64,000 bases of DNA from the NCBI GenBank assembly GCA_021829835.1, contig JAKBPE010000001.1:352-64351 (forward strand), given 5' to 3'. Of the stretch, positions 38,406 to 47,792 are shown piece by piece. The notes beneath the pieces were generated by a model that was not told the origin of the DNA, made no database searches, and saw nothing but the letters and a program-made list of their open reading frames with translations. The stretch comes from a bacterium (GTDB lineage Archaea > Micrarchaeota > Micrarchaeia > Micrarchaeales > CABMGC01). Positions within the stretch are counted from its first letter, which is position 1, and each line of letters opens with the position of its first letter. A program made the position numbers and the translations under genes.

Positions 38406-39119
38406 TTGGAAACCTTAAAAGTTAGAAGAAGCGTTGAAGAAAAGCCTAGGATAGGAGTAGATCTCGACGGTGTTGTCTTTGCCAGTTTTGAAAAAGTAAG
38501 AAGGATAGCAAACAGGAGGAATGGCACAAAAGTACCATATCATCAACTTAAGGATTACAATATACACAATTGCATGCCAGGAAGCTCGGCGGAACAGATC
38601 TCGGAGATTTTTAATTATCTATGGCTGAAGCATCCTGAAGAGATAAAGTTAATAGATAGCGCCATACCTAAAACGCTGAGAGCATTGAGAAGGCATTTTG
38701 AGGTAAATATAACAACAGCTGCGGGAAAAGGTTCGGAACAGGTATATCCAAATATAATACGGCTTCTGAGAGAAAATAGGATAAGCTATGATAACTTATT
38801 CCATGTGCGTTCACTTGAAGAAAAAATAAGTCTTGGCCTTGATATATACTTTGAAGATGATTTTAGAATACACGAGCTGGCAAGAATGAAACAGCATGTT
38901 ATTTTAATGCCGCAGCCTTGGGTGATTGAGTATTTGAAGAATAATCCCGCAAGTCAAGATAGGGATCTCATGATTAAACCACATCCATCTGATTTGAAAA
39001 AGCTCAACGGCTCATTATATGGGAAAACTGCTAAGGGAATTTCCATTCTGCCCGGAGACAATCTTGAGGAAGCATGGAGAAATATAAGGATACTTATGCT
39101 TCAAGGTCTTAAAAGATAA
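38406..39119 (+). CDS. HAD-superfamily hydrolase (NT5C-like nucleotidase fold)
   Basis: It has the N-terminal HAD motif I IGVDLDGVV. The remainder is weakly diagnostic. Confidence 0.5.
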   Translation: METLKVRRSVEEKPRIGVDLDGVVFASFEKVRRIANRRNGTKVPYHQLKDYNIHNCMPGSSAEQISEIFNYLWLKHPEEIKLIDSAIPKTLRALRRHFEVNITTAAGKGSEQVYPNIIRLLRENRISYDNLFHVRSLEEKISLGLDIYFEDDFRIHELARMKQHVILMPQPWVIEYLKNNPASQDRDLMIKPHPSDLKKLNGSLYGKTAKGISILPGDNLEEAWRNIRILMLQGLKR

Positions 39120-39120
39120 T

Positions 39121-40074
39121 GTGCATTGCATGAAGAATCTCGACATCTTTTGCGTCGCTGAGGTCGCAATAGACCACATCGCAGATGCAGGTAGCATCAC
39201 AGATAATGCCTCTTCGACATTACTGCATTCTGTAAAGCGTTATTATGGAGGCATGGGTGGCAATTTTTCAGCAGTTGCAAGCATTTTCGGAGTCAAGGTG
39301 GGAATACTTGCAGCAATAGGCAGGGATGACCCTGACAGTATTGATTACAAAAGATACCTTGAAAATAGGAAGATAGATACGGATTGCCTTCTTCAGGAGG
39401 AATGGTCAAGCATCTCCAAATGCTTTATCTTCAACGAGAATGAAAAACAGAGGCTCTTTTTCTATCCTGGAACATCAATCCAGTATACTGAGAAGTATAT
39501 GAAATATGCTATGGAGTTGGCAGGAGAGATAAAATCAGAGGCACTTTATGCCGCATTTACGGATTTTGAGCTCAATAAATTTTATCTTTCCAAAGGAAAT
39601 GCCAGGGTAAAGGCTTATGCCCCTGCACATAATACACATAGGCATTCCAGAAAAGATTTTTCAGAATGCCTTGAACACACCGATATTCTCTTTGTCAATG
39701 AAAATGAAGCTGGAATAATGGAAAGGATAATGGAGAAAAACATTTTCGAGATAGCTGAAGATTTTGACATAGAGGTTGTAGCGAGAACCATGGGAAAGGA
39801 TGGCAGCGAGATTATAGTAGATGGAAAACCTACAGCTATACCTGCCTGCAAAATAGACAAAATGCTTGATCCGTCTGGAGCCGGAGATGCGTTTGCAGGA
39901 GCATTTATGGCTAATTACATAAAAGGAAGGGATGCCATAAGTTCAGCTAAGATAGCCTCTGCAACAGCATCATTCATTGTAGAGGAGAGAGGCTGCCAGA
40001 CCGGAATTCCTTCAATTAGCGCACTCCAGGAAAGAATAAGCAAGAATTATGAGAATGTAATTCTAAAAGAATAA
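39121..40074 (+). CDS. PfkB-family carbohydrate/nucleoside kinase
   Basis: It has the C-terminal PfkB signature DPSGAGDAFAGAF and the N-terminal GG dipeptide region YYGGMGGN. Confidence 0.8.
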   Translation: MHCMKNLDIFCVAEVAIDHIADAGSITDNASSTLLHSVKRYYGGMGGNFSAVASIFGVKVGILAAIGRDDPDSIDYKRYLENRKIDTDCLLQEEWSSISKCFIFNENEKQRLFFYPGTSIQYTEKYMKYAMELAGEIKSEALYAAFTDFELNKFYLSKGNARVKAYAPAHNTHRHSRKDFSECLEHTDILFVNENEAGIMERIMEKNIFEIAEDFDIEVVARTMGKDGSEIIVDGKPTAIPACKIDKMLDPSGAGDAFAGAFMANYIKGRDAISSAKIASATASFIVEERGCQTGIPSISALQERISKNYENVILKE

Positions 40075-40150
40075 TCTGCAAATCTTCTTGTTTTAGTTTT
40101 GCCTGATTCTAATTTTTAGCCAGAGTCCCTATTTTGAGTAGAGATTGCTT

Positions 40151-41668
40151 TCAGGACGGAGTGCCTTCAGGAAGCGCATTTGTGATATTCATGGCATTTG
40201 CTATGTATGTTCCTACTAGAACTATTATTATGTTTATTGCAAGTGCTATCATTCCGATGAATACTGGACCTAAGCCTGTCCCTATAAGTGTGGTTGTCCA
40301 GCTTGCATAGCTGTTTGCAGCTTCAAGCATGTATACGCCGGAAATGACACCGGCTAACAGGCCGAAGAACAATGCCCGCCTATTTAGTTTCTTGGTTATC
40401 ATTCCGAATATGAATGATGGGAGTACCTGCAGTATGAGTATGCCTCCGAAAAGCTGAAGCTGTATTGCATATGTTGCCGGTATCAGGAATACGAAGCCTA
40501 ATGCAAGGAACTTGAAGACTACAGCGAATATCTGTGCTGTTCTGGTTTCCTGCTTATCTGTCATTTTTGGCTTTATCTCCTTTGCTATGTTTCTTGTGAA
40601 TAGGTTGGCTGCGGCTATCGCCATTATGGCTGCAGGAACCAATCCACCTATGAATACACCTAGAAGAGCAGCGCCTGAAAGCCACGATGGAAGCATCGTA
40701 AGTATAAGTCCCGGAACTACCTGAGTGCCTTGCACTGAAGCAGGAAATGATCTTACATAGCTAAGTGCTGCTGGTACCCCGTATATCAAAAATCCGAACA
40801 TAGCGAGAAACGCTAGGCCTATACTGTATAATGGCAGGAGCGATGCGGTCTTTCTCACCGAATCTGCGCTTTTCTGCGCCAGTGAAGCATTGACTACGTG
40901 AGGATATAGGTAAAGTGCAAGAGCACTGAATACGAAGAGACTCCAGTATGCATTATACAAACTGGAAGGAAGCTGGAAATAATGTATTGCTGTCGCTGAT
41001 GCGTTTGTAAATGCAGTATGGAAACTGCCTATAGTTATTGCGGCGACTATTATTGCAACTACGCTGACAAGTATTAAAGCGTCTTTCAGGATGCCGCTCA
41101 GTGTTGCTCCCCTTAATCCGCTTGTCCATGTAAAAGCTGCAAGTATTATGAATGATATTATGAGTGAGAACTCTATAACTGTCTGTACTGCTCCGAAGCC
41201 GTGGAGAAGTGCTATTAAGACTGCCTGCATCCCGACTATCTGCAATGCTATATATGGAAGCTCAGCAACAATGCCGACAAGAGCTATTGATACGGCCAGG
41301 AGCCTGCTGTTGAAGACACCCTTTACAAAATCTGCCATTGTGACATATCCGTGCTCATTGGCTATCTTCCAGAATTTGGGCATGGCCCACATTGCAAATG
41401 CGTATGTTATTATTACATAAGGAGCAGCGAAAAAGTATATTGCCCCTTTAGCAAACAGGGAAGATGGAACTGCTATGAAAGTATATGCCGTATATATATC
41501 AGCGCCAAGAAGAAACCATCCGAGAAAAGTTCCTAATCTTCCGCCTGCAAGACCCCATTCCTTGAGCTTGGTAAGGTCTCCCTTTCGCCATCTTGCACCG
41601 TAAAATCCAAGAAATACGAATATGACAAAGAGCACCAGGAATATTAATATTGACAGTAGGTCTATCAT
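40151..41668 (-). CDS. Sodium:solute symporter family transporter
   Basis: The 505-aa product has about 13 hydrophobic helices. It is paired with an upstream DUF3311-type small membrane gene, a common SSS arrangement. Confidence 0.75.
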   Translation of the reverse strand: MIDLLSILIFLVLFVIFVFLGFYGARWRKGDLTKLKEWGLAGGRLGTFLGWFLLGADIYTAYTFIAVPSSLFAKGAIYFFAAPYVIITYAFAMWAMPKFWKIANEHGYVTMADFVKGVFNSRLLAVSIALVGIVAELPYIALQIVGMQAVLIALLHGFGAVQTVIEFSLIISFIILAAFTWTSGLRGATLSGILKDALILVSVVAIIVAAITIGSFHTAFTNASATAIHYFQLPSSLYNAYWSLFVFSALALYLYPHVVNASLAQKSADSVRKTASLLPLYSIGLAFLAMFGFLIYGVPAALSYVRSFPASVQGTQVVPGLILTMLPSWLSGAALLGVFIGGLVPAAIMAIAAANLFTRNIAKEIKPKMTDKQETRTAQIFAVVFKFLALGFVFLIPATYAIQLQLFGGILILQVLPSFIFGMITKKLNRRALFFGLLAGVISGVYMLEAANSYASWTTTLIGTGLGPVFIGMIALAINIIIVLVGTYIANAMNITNALPEGTPS

Positions 41669-41919
41669 GATCTTCCCCTGGTTTTCTTTCTTGAAGATTT
41701 TTTAAGCTCTCTTTCTTCGTTCTTTTCCTTGCCGTGCCATAATACAGCTGCAACATAGTAAAGTATTGCACTTAGAGGCATCCATAGGATTTGATACCAA
41801 TAAAAGAAAGATATTCCTCCTAGTTTTGGATTTATCGAATTGTACATAGGTATTGCAAGCAAAGCTATAAGTGGTATCAAAAGAAGGACTGCTATTATAG
41901 CATCTACGGTTTTTACCAA
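41665..41919 (-). CDS. DUF3311-like small membrane protein (symporter accessory subunit)
   Basis: It is 84 aa with two TM helices and contains NPKLGGISFFYWYQILW. A 4-nt overlap joins it to the symporter gene. Confidence 0.6.
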   Translation of the reverse strand: MVKTVDAIIAVLLLIPLIALLAIPMYNSINPKLGGISFFYWYQILWMPLSAILYYVAAVLWHGKEKNEERELKKSSRKKTRGRS

Positions 41920-42167
41920 CCCACTACCCTATTTCCCAGTAATTCAAAAGAATGAAAAGAAATATAAAGATTCCCTAATAGGTGAAGTTTGCAGAGATTT
42001 AGAACCTCAAGAATAGTTACGAGGTAGAGAGGTCTTTTATCGTCGTATATAATTAATTTATTCGCTGCCATAAAAAACCTGAGAAGCAAAAATAGAAAAG
42101 GAACATTTGTTATGTACGTGCTTTTCGCTTACTAAATTTGGGCAGAAAAGACGCGTACTGATGCTCT

Positions 42168-42356
42168 TCAGGCTTCTTTTATAGCTGCCTTTACCTTTGC
42201 CATTGTTGCAGAGTCTATTTTAGCCATATTATGTGCTTTCTTGGCATGTTCAGATATTTTTCCCATAAGACTGGATTCCGAATCTGCCTTTGCCTCAAAA
42301 CCACATGACATCCCTATATCCTTGCATGCAAATTTCTTTGCCATTTTATACACCAT
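42168..42356 (-). CDS. DUF1059 family small protein
   Basis: The sequence MAKKFACKDIGMSCGFEA...HAKKAHNM is typical of DUF1059. The likely start is the internal Met (MAKKF). Confidence 0.65.
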   Translation of the reverse strand: MVYKMAKKFACKDIGMSCGFEAKADSESSLMGKISEHAKKAHNMAKIDSATMAKVKAAIKEA

Positions 42357-42441
42357 TATCTAGGAGGAATGAATCACTTTATAAAGACACGCAGAAGGAA
42401 AGTTGACATAGCTACTTCGACTCAAGCTTATTAGATGTTTG

Positions 42442-42666
42442 TGTGACATCCTCTCCCAACTAAAGATTGGGAGCTTCCAGGGTAGCTATGATTGGTCGTC
42501 ATGATGCCACCCGTGTAGTTCCCGCTTCCTTGGCAACCACCTCCCTTGCGGAAGGTCTTACATCGTCTCCACAGGCTTGACTTCCCGAATGTCCTTCGGT
42601 AGCTCTATCGAGTATATTTATCGATGCGTTAATGTCCTTATCTCTTGACATACCACACTTCCCGCA
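42442..42666 (-). mobile_element. tnpB: Remnant of an IS200/IS605-family element: TnpB C-terminal fragment plus right-end (omega-RNA-like) region
   Basis: The ORF tail [39 protein letters not shown]...[10 protein letters not shown] matches the zinc-finger/RuvC-III end of TnpB and its downstream read-through region. A perfect 7-bp hairpin follows (CTCCCAA-N7-TTGGGAG, 42453-42473), then the terminal GGATGTCACA. No N-terminal TnpB part or TnpA is present. Confidence 0.7.
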
Positions 42667-42960
42667 TAGAAATGATGCAATGGTAAATATAACAAAACCC
42701 AGGTTGAACATCCGTGACCTTCCATAAATATCTCCGATCCTTCCGAGCTGAGTTGAAAGAACAGCAACTACAATTATGTAGATCAATATTACCTATATTA
42801 TGGTAGAAATGTTAGAATGCAGTGTTATTGTTATTGCAGGAAAAGCGAGAAGCACTATAGTTGAGTCTATAGAAGCCATCAACGTTTCTATTACTATTAT
42901 TAGAAGTATTAGATTTTCCTTATCGTTTTTCTTTTCTAACGTGATTTCACCGCTTTGTAT
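42661..42960 (-). pseudogene. MFS (DHA2/EmrB-like) transporter pseudogene, N-terminal fragment with an in-frame stop, truncated by the TnpB remnant
   Basis: The minus-strand translation is ...[84 protein letters not shown]. The MFS TM1-TM3 motifs are visible, there is a TAG stop inside, and there is no credible start codon. Confidence 0.7.
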
Positions 42961-43196
42961 TTATAAGATTTATTTTATGCTTCAGATCTAATGAAAAGTC
43001 CACTATCAAAACAATAGCAATATATTGCAAAATAATATAAATGCATATTTCCATAGATTCCAGTGTTGGATAGATTTAAGCACTGTTATTTATTAGTAGA
43101 ATTTAGTTTTAACCCGAGTGAATGTTTTATGTTTAGAAAACATCTGGAATAGATGAATAGACAGATTATAAGTTAAAAACCAAAAGAGAGATTATA

Positions 43197-43757
43197 ATGA
43201 GTATATACGTTTCAATACAGAACATCAATTTTGAGGTATACAAAGCTACACAGGTTATAGGCAGCGATGCCGCTTACCATGTAATGTCTTATGTTGTGGA
43301 GAGTTACTTGATAGTTCTCCCTTTGATAATGATATATATGGTTTATAAAAAGGACAAGAATGTTTTTTCATTTGCGCTTGCAGGACTTGTATTTTACCTA
43401 ATAGGAGATATATTGAAGAAAATAATACAGGAACCTAGGCCTTGCGCTCTTTCAGGTATTGAATACATGAAAAATTACTGCGATACTGGTTATTCGTTTC
43501 CTTCTAACCATGCAACAGTCCTGACAGGACTGGCATTATTCATAAATTACAAGTACCTTAGGGCTCTGTATATACTGTGGGTTATTCTGCTTCTTTTTAG
43601 CAAAGTCTTCCTTGCACAGCATTATTTCACTGATATAATAGCAGGAATTATAATAAGCCTCGTAGTTGGAAGAATAGTACAGGTTTACAGCAAGAAGATA
43701 AACGACTTCTTTTCTTCGATATTTAATAGAGTTTTCGGCAGAATATATAAATTCTGA
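43197..43757 (+). CDS. PAP2-family (type 2 phosphatidic acid / polyprenyl-diphosphate) phosphatase
   Basis: All three PAP2 motifs are present: KKIIQEPRP, FPSNH and SKVFLAQHYFTD. Confidence 0.85.
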   Translation: MSIYVSIQNINFEVYKATQVIGSDAAYHVMSYVVESYLIVLPLIMIYMVYKKDKNVFSFALAGLVFYLIGDILKKIIQEPRPCALSGIEYMKNYCDTGYSFPSNHATVLTGLALFINYKYLRALYILWVILLLFSKVFLAQHYFTDIIAGIIISLVVGRIVQVYSKKINDFFSSIFNRVFGRIYKF

Positions 43758-43896
43758 AGAGCGTTTTGCTTGTTGCATTAATATCGTCTTTAGAGTCTTC
43801 TGATGCTTCTGTATTGTGTAAGAATAGGGATATTATTCCAGACAGCTGCCCTTATTTCTCCTTCTGTCCTGTAGATTGAAGGACTGTTATCTGAAT

Positions 43897-44367
43897 CTAA
43901 GAAGAAGCATTGAGAATATGCAATTTGGTAAGGATCTGCCATGAATATGGGCTGGGGATTTTTTCGTCACCTGCCCAGAAAAGCCCGCCTATTTTTCTTT
44001 TAGGATCTGCGCCGAATTTTATAAGTAATATTGCCGCTTCGTTGTTAAGATTCTTTGCAGCGATATGTATCGGCCTTGCATAGCCTATAGAGCTAAATCT
44101 GTATATTATGCCTCCTTTGTTAGGATCTGCATTGTTTATCAAGAGTTCTTCCATCACAGGAAGACTATTCTTTTTTGTTGCGTGCATAAGAGGTCTATAT
44201 CCAAATACCCCATCAGGAGAGGCTCCTCTCCTGATGATAGAAGATATTTCTTCCCTGGTGGAGTTATCACGTATAGCTTTACGCATTTCCCTTGCTAGCA
44301 CTAATTGTGTGTGTTTTGTTTGGATATAGGACATACTTGATTTATTGAATTTTTTGATATATAACAC
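43897..44367 (-). CDS. Ankyrin-repeat protein
   Basis: It has about three ANK repeats (RPLMHATKKNSLPVMEELLINNADPN; RPIHIAAKNLNNEAAILLIKFGADP). Confidence 0.75.
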   Translation of the reverse strand: MLYIKKFNKSSMSYIQTKHTQLVLAREMRKAIRDNSTREEISSIIRRGASPDGVFGYRPLMHATKKNSLPVMEELLINNADPNKGGIIYRFSSIGYARPIHIAAKNLNNEAAILLIKFGADPKRKIGGLFWAGDEKIPSPYSWQILTKLHILNASS

Positions 44368-44480
44368 AGCATGTTGTCTTGTGTTGATGTAGAATCCGTT
44401 AAAGTATTCTATATGTTCTATAAATTCCTATTATCGATGAGTGGTACCAAAAAATAACAAAGATAGAGCCTGCATAAAGA

Positions 44481-44852
44481 TTATAGATCTTCGTATAATG
44501 AACCAAATCTTTTCATTCTGTTTGCTATCATCTTTGACGCGTCAATATAATCAGTAAGCGCAGCTGAGCCTTTCTCAGTTATTCCATATTGTTTTCTCTG
44601 CTTTTCAGATCTATTTTCCGAATCCAAGGCCTTTATGTACCCGTTTCTTTCTAGCCACTCGAGAGTGGTATATGTTGCCGCTGGACCCGGCCTCCACATC
44701 CCTCCTGTTTTTTCGAATATCTGTTCCATTATCTCAAAACCGTACATAGGCCTCTTTGATATCAACCTGAGGATGTACGGTTTGAGAAGCCCATGGGGAA
44801 CAATGCTTACTCTGAACGGACCGCACTTACAGTATCCTGAAGTTATAGACAT
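44481..44852 (-). CDS. PadR-family transcriptional regulator
   Basis: It has the winged-helix pattern LKPYILRLISKRPMYGFEIMEQI...GPAATYTTLEWLERNGYI. Confidence 0.8.
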   Translation of the reverse strand: MSITSGYCKCGPFRVSIVPHGLLKPYILRLISKRPMYGFEIMEQIFEKTGGMWRPGPAATYTTLEWLERNGYIKALDSENRSEKQRKQYGITEKGSAALTDYIDASKMIANRMKRFGSLYEDL

Positions 44853-44860
44853 AGTCTACA

Positions 44861-45094
44861 CTATTTGTCGCTTTTGCCAGATTCGCTTGCTCTAAGTTCG
44901 TCTATCCTTTTATCTATGAATTTTATCTCCTCCATTAGATCGTCTTTATAGTATTTTAGGCGTTCGGCAGTTTCTTCCTCTGACAGATCTACATGCAAGG
45001 AATTCATATGCCCCTCTCTTCCCTTGTTCCCGCAGCCATTTCCACAGCAGCCTCCGCATCCACATCCACGACCTTCTTTTTCTATGTTTCTCAT
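44861..45094 (-). CDS. Small Cys/Gly-rich coiled-coil protein (DUF5320-like architecture)
   Basis: It is 77 aa. The N-terminus is GRGCGCGGCCGNGCGNKGREGH, followed by a charged helical tail (EEETAERLKYYKDDLMEEIKFIDKRIDEL). It sits 8 nt upstream of padR on the same strand. Confidence 0.45.
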   Translation of the reverse strand: MRNIEKEGRGCGCGGCCGNGCGNKGREGHMNSLHVDLSEEETAERLKYYKDDLMEEIKFIDKRIDELRASESGKSDK

Positions 45095-45182
45095 TATATC
45101 ACTAGTGATATATATAATGATATAAATATTTAGACCTTTTTATCCCAGCAGGGAAGGCACTGTTAGACTGCCAGGAATTCAA

Positions 45183-45227
45183 TGTGACATCCTCTACTAA
45201 GTGAATGTTGGGAGTTTCTAATGATGC
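45183..45227 (-). repeat. Orphan, internally deleted copy of the IS200/IS605 right-end sequence seen at 42442-42507
   Basis: It shares TGTGACATCCTCT, TTGGGAG(C/T)TTC and ATGATGC blocks in the same order and orientation as the TnpB remnant end. No ORF is attached. Confidence 0.55.
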
Positions 45228-45325
45228 TTTTTTAATGTTAAAGCAAAGTATTAATAGATTAGACGTGGAGTTTAAAATGTCCTGAAGTTTAGAAATACTT
45301 GTATCTTTGCTATAGTTGAATATGG

Positions 45326-46483
45326 ATGGAAATAATATTGGCTCTTTTAGCGCTTCTTGCTTTTGCGTTAATATTAGGCAACATAGTAGAGAGATTTAGG
45401 ATACCTGCAGTAGTAGGGAACATATTATCAGGAATTCTATTAGGACCCATGGTATTTGGATTTCTAAAGTATAATAGCAGCCTGTCTGGAATTGCAGAGA
45501 TATCATTATTCTTCATAATGCTTTTAGTTGGGATAGAAGCAACAACCGAACTTCTTACAAAACACATAAGAAGCGCAGTAGTATTGTCCGCATCAAGTTT
45601 TATTCTGCCAGTTTCAATAATGATTTTAATAGCAGCTTTTATCTTCCACCTAAGTTTCACCGAGGCAGTAGTTACTGCAACTGCAATAGGTGTGCCTTCG
45701 ATATCTATAATATCAGTTTTGGTAATGCGTTATAATCTCTTAGAGACTGGAGATGGAGCCAGAATAGTTTCAAGTGTTGTGCTGACAGACACAATCGCAT
45801 TTGTGATATTGGCAGCCATAGGAGTCAGTTCCGTGCCTATCTATATTGTAATCATTTCAGTCTTTGTATTCCTGCTTGTTTTGCTTTTTGTGGATAAGAT
45901 CATCAGGCGCCATGCTCTTTTTATTAGGAAAAAACTGATGAAGGAGTACCGCACGAGAGGAGGGGAAGAGTTGATATTTGCTGGAATAATATTAGTTGGA
46001 CTCATAGGTTCTGCAGTTCTACAGGTTGCAGGGATAACTTATGTTCTAGGAGCATTTTTTGCAGGGCTTCTTATACGGGATGTGGTTGTTGGGAAAAAGG
46101 TTTATGGCGTACTTAAAAGAACATTCAGCAGGATAACGACCAGCTTCTTCATACCTATCTTTTTTAGCATAGCAGGGCTCCAGGTCATCCTGCCTTCACA
46201 TTATTTGGGACTTATGACTTTGCTTATAGTTGTGAGCGGGTCAGTAGGTGGAATCCTGAGTTACTTTGCAGGCATGAAACTTCTTAAAAAATTGAGACCT
46301 GCCAGCGCTACTGCGTTACTAGGCAGCAGAGGAGCAGTAGGAATTATAATAGCAAATATAGCACTTCTTCAGGGAGACATAAACGCAGAACTTTATTCAA
46401 TAATAATACTTGCAACAATAATACTCTCTGTGATTCTTCCGGCATTGATTGGCGGTGAAGATAAAATTATGCGCAGGCAATAA
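45326..46483 (+). CDS. Cation:proton antiporter (CPA2 / Na+/H+ exchanger family)
   Basis: It is 385 aa with about 11-12 TM helices. The N-terminal sequence LGNIVERFRIPAVVGNILSGILLGP is typical of Kef/NapA-type exchangers. Confidence 0.75.
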   Translation: MEIILALLALLAFALILGNIVERFRIPAVVGNILSGILLGPMVFGFLKYNSSLSGIAEISLFFIMLLVGIEATTELLTKHIRSAVVLSASSFILPVSIMILIAAFIFHLSFTEAVVTATAIGVPSISIISVLVMRYNLLETGDGARIVSSVVLTDTIAFVILAAIGVSSVPIYIVIISVFVFLLVLLFVDKIIRRHALFIRKKLMKEYRTRGGEELIFAGIILVGLIGSAVLQVAGITYVLGAFFAGLLIRDVVVGKKVYGVLKRTFSRITTSFFIPIFFSIAGLQVILPSHYLGLMTLLIVVSGSVGGILSYFAGMKLLKKLRPASATALLGSRGAVGIIIANIALLQGDINAELYSIIILATIILSVILPALIGGEDKIMRRQ

Positions 46484-46564
46484 AAAACCTAATCGTTGAG
46501 AGCTAGGTTGAAACGGGAACTTTCGCAACAGTTTTATGAATACTAATTTAAGCTTTCCTGTAAA

Positions 46565-47473
46565 ATGATACGTAGGATCTACATGGCTAAATCAGATACA
46601 AAGAAGAATACAGTGCAGGCCAAACCAAAAAAAAGGCACAGGAAACTTGCCGCATTGGTAATCATACTTATTATAATAGGAATAGCAGGTGTGTTGTATG
46701 AAATGTATGGCAGCATACCCGTCAGTCTGATTTCTGTGGCGAGCTCCGGGAAGCCAATTACAGCTTCGGCTTTAGAGGGTGTGCTTCTTCAGAAGGTTGC
46801 ATCTTCCCAGACATTTAGCGCAAATTATACAGGAACAATTATAATCAATAATCAAGATCCTGGATTTTTGTTTTCTTTCGGAAAATATGCCAACAACACC
46901 TTCTTTTACGAAGCTGATTTTGAAAGGATTTTCGGAAGCGGGTTCAACAATCTTGTTGCTCCTGCAGGGTTCGGAACGATAGTGTATAATGGTACCCTGC
47001 CTTCGCTCATTCCTACCGATGTATGCATCAATGTTTCGGACGACCCTGCAGTGCTTGCTTCAGTGAACAATGGAGGAGTACCTACAACACTCAGTATTCC
47101 GGGATTCCCAACTAGAAATTACCTATGCGGTCTTCCTGGCAGCCAGTTTGGAAATAATGTTGCAAATCTTTTTTTGAATGAGACAAGCATAAGCGGCCTT
47201 CAGGTTTCATCATACAGTTTAAGATCGTTTGACAGCAATCCATGCTACTTTGTATCTGGAACAGCAATGGCAGATGTAAACAGCACAATTCTAGGATACG
47301 CTGGATCTAGAGAAGAACCGGCTTCCCTGAATTTCAGCTCATGCATAAGCGCGAAGTATGATGTGCCTTTCAATTTTACGGTTGATGCTATTGGAACTTA
47401 TGGTGGAAAGACGCAACTTGGAATAAATATAAGCAATATAAACCAATATCCGGGGCTTGGAAATTTTGCATGA
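46565..47473 (+). CDS. Membrane-anchored extracytoplasmic hypothetical protein
   Basis: It has a basic N-terminus plus a single TM helix (LAALVIILIIIGIAGVLY), and the remainder is rich in N-x-S/T. I recognised no family. Confidence 0.55.
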   Translation: MIRRIYMAKSDTKKNTVQAKPKKRHRKLAALVIILIIIGIAGVLYEMYGSIPVSLISVASSGKPITASALEGVLLQKVASSQTFSANYTGTIIINNQDPGFLFSFGKYANNTFFYEADFERIFGSGFNNLVAPAGFGTIVYNGTLPSLIPTDVCINVSDDPAVLASVNNGGVPTTLSIPGFPTRNYLCGLPGSQFGNNVANLFLNETSISGLQVSSYSLRSFDSNPCYFVSGTAMADVNSTILGYAGSREEPASLNFSSCISAKYDVPFNFTVDAIGTYGGKTQLGINISNINQYPGLGNFA

Positions 47474-47491
47474 ATTGCCGAGAAAGGGATA

Positions 47492-47682
47492 CAAACAAAA
47501 AGTAAATTTGGACTAGGTGTAAATCACACCTTAGGTCTTCCCGTTGCGAACAGGGCGCTCTGGACTTTTGTCGTTTTTCTCCAGGGATTCGAGCCACCGT
47601 AGATTTTATTTTCTAAAATGCGAACATATGTGTCTCGCACACAGATTATAGCGCATTTGAAAATATAAACAGATACGGTGCA
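47492..47682 (-). repeat. Left-most copy (A) of the island repeat: 25-nt direct repeat, diverged pseudo-tRNA-Ala (47509-47565) and conserved hairpin (47626-47646)
   Basis: The reverse complement contains ...CCCTG-TTCGCAA-CGGGA...AGGTG-TGATTTA-CACCT-AGTCCA, keeping the Ala CGC anticodon loop. CACCGTAGATTTTATTTT...ATGCGAACAT(C/A)TGTGTC..CGCACACAGATTAT is shared with copies at 49.68 and 50.69 kb. Confidence 0.7.
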
Positions 47683-47792
47683 ATTCTAGCCGTAATCGCA
47701 CCCACTGTTTTAGATTAACTTTTCCAAAAAGGTTATGCACCCAGACTTTTTGGTAAAGCTTTTCGTAAAAAGATTTCACATGTCACCCATTC

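Noticed and set aside
47581-47600. T-arm-like string CCAGGGATTCGAGCC suggesting another tRNA
   Set aside because: No complementary stem halves, acceptor stem or anticodon arm can be drawn on either strand.
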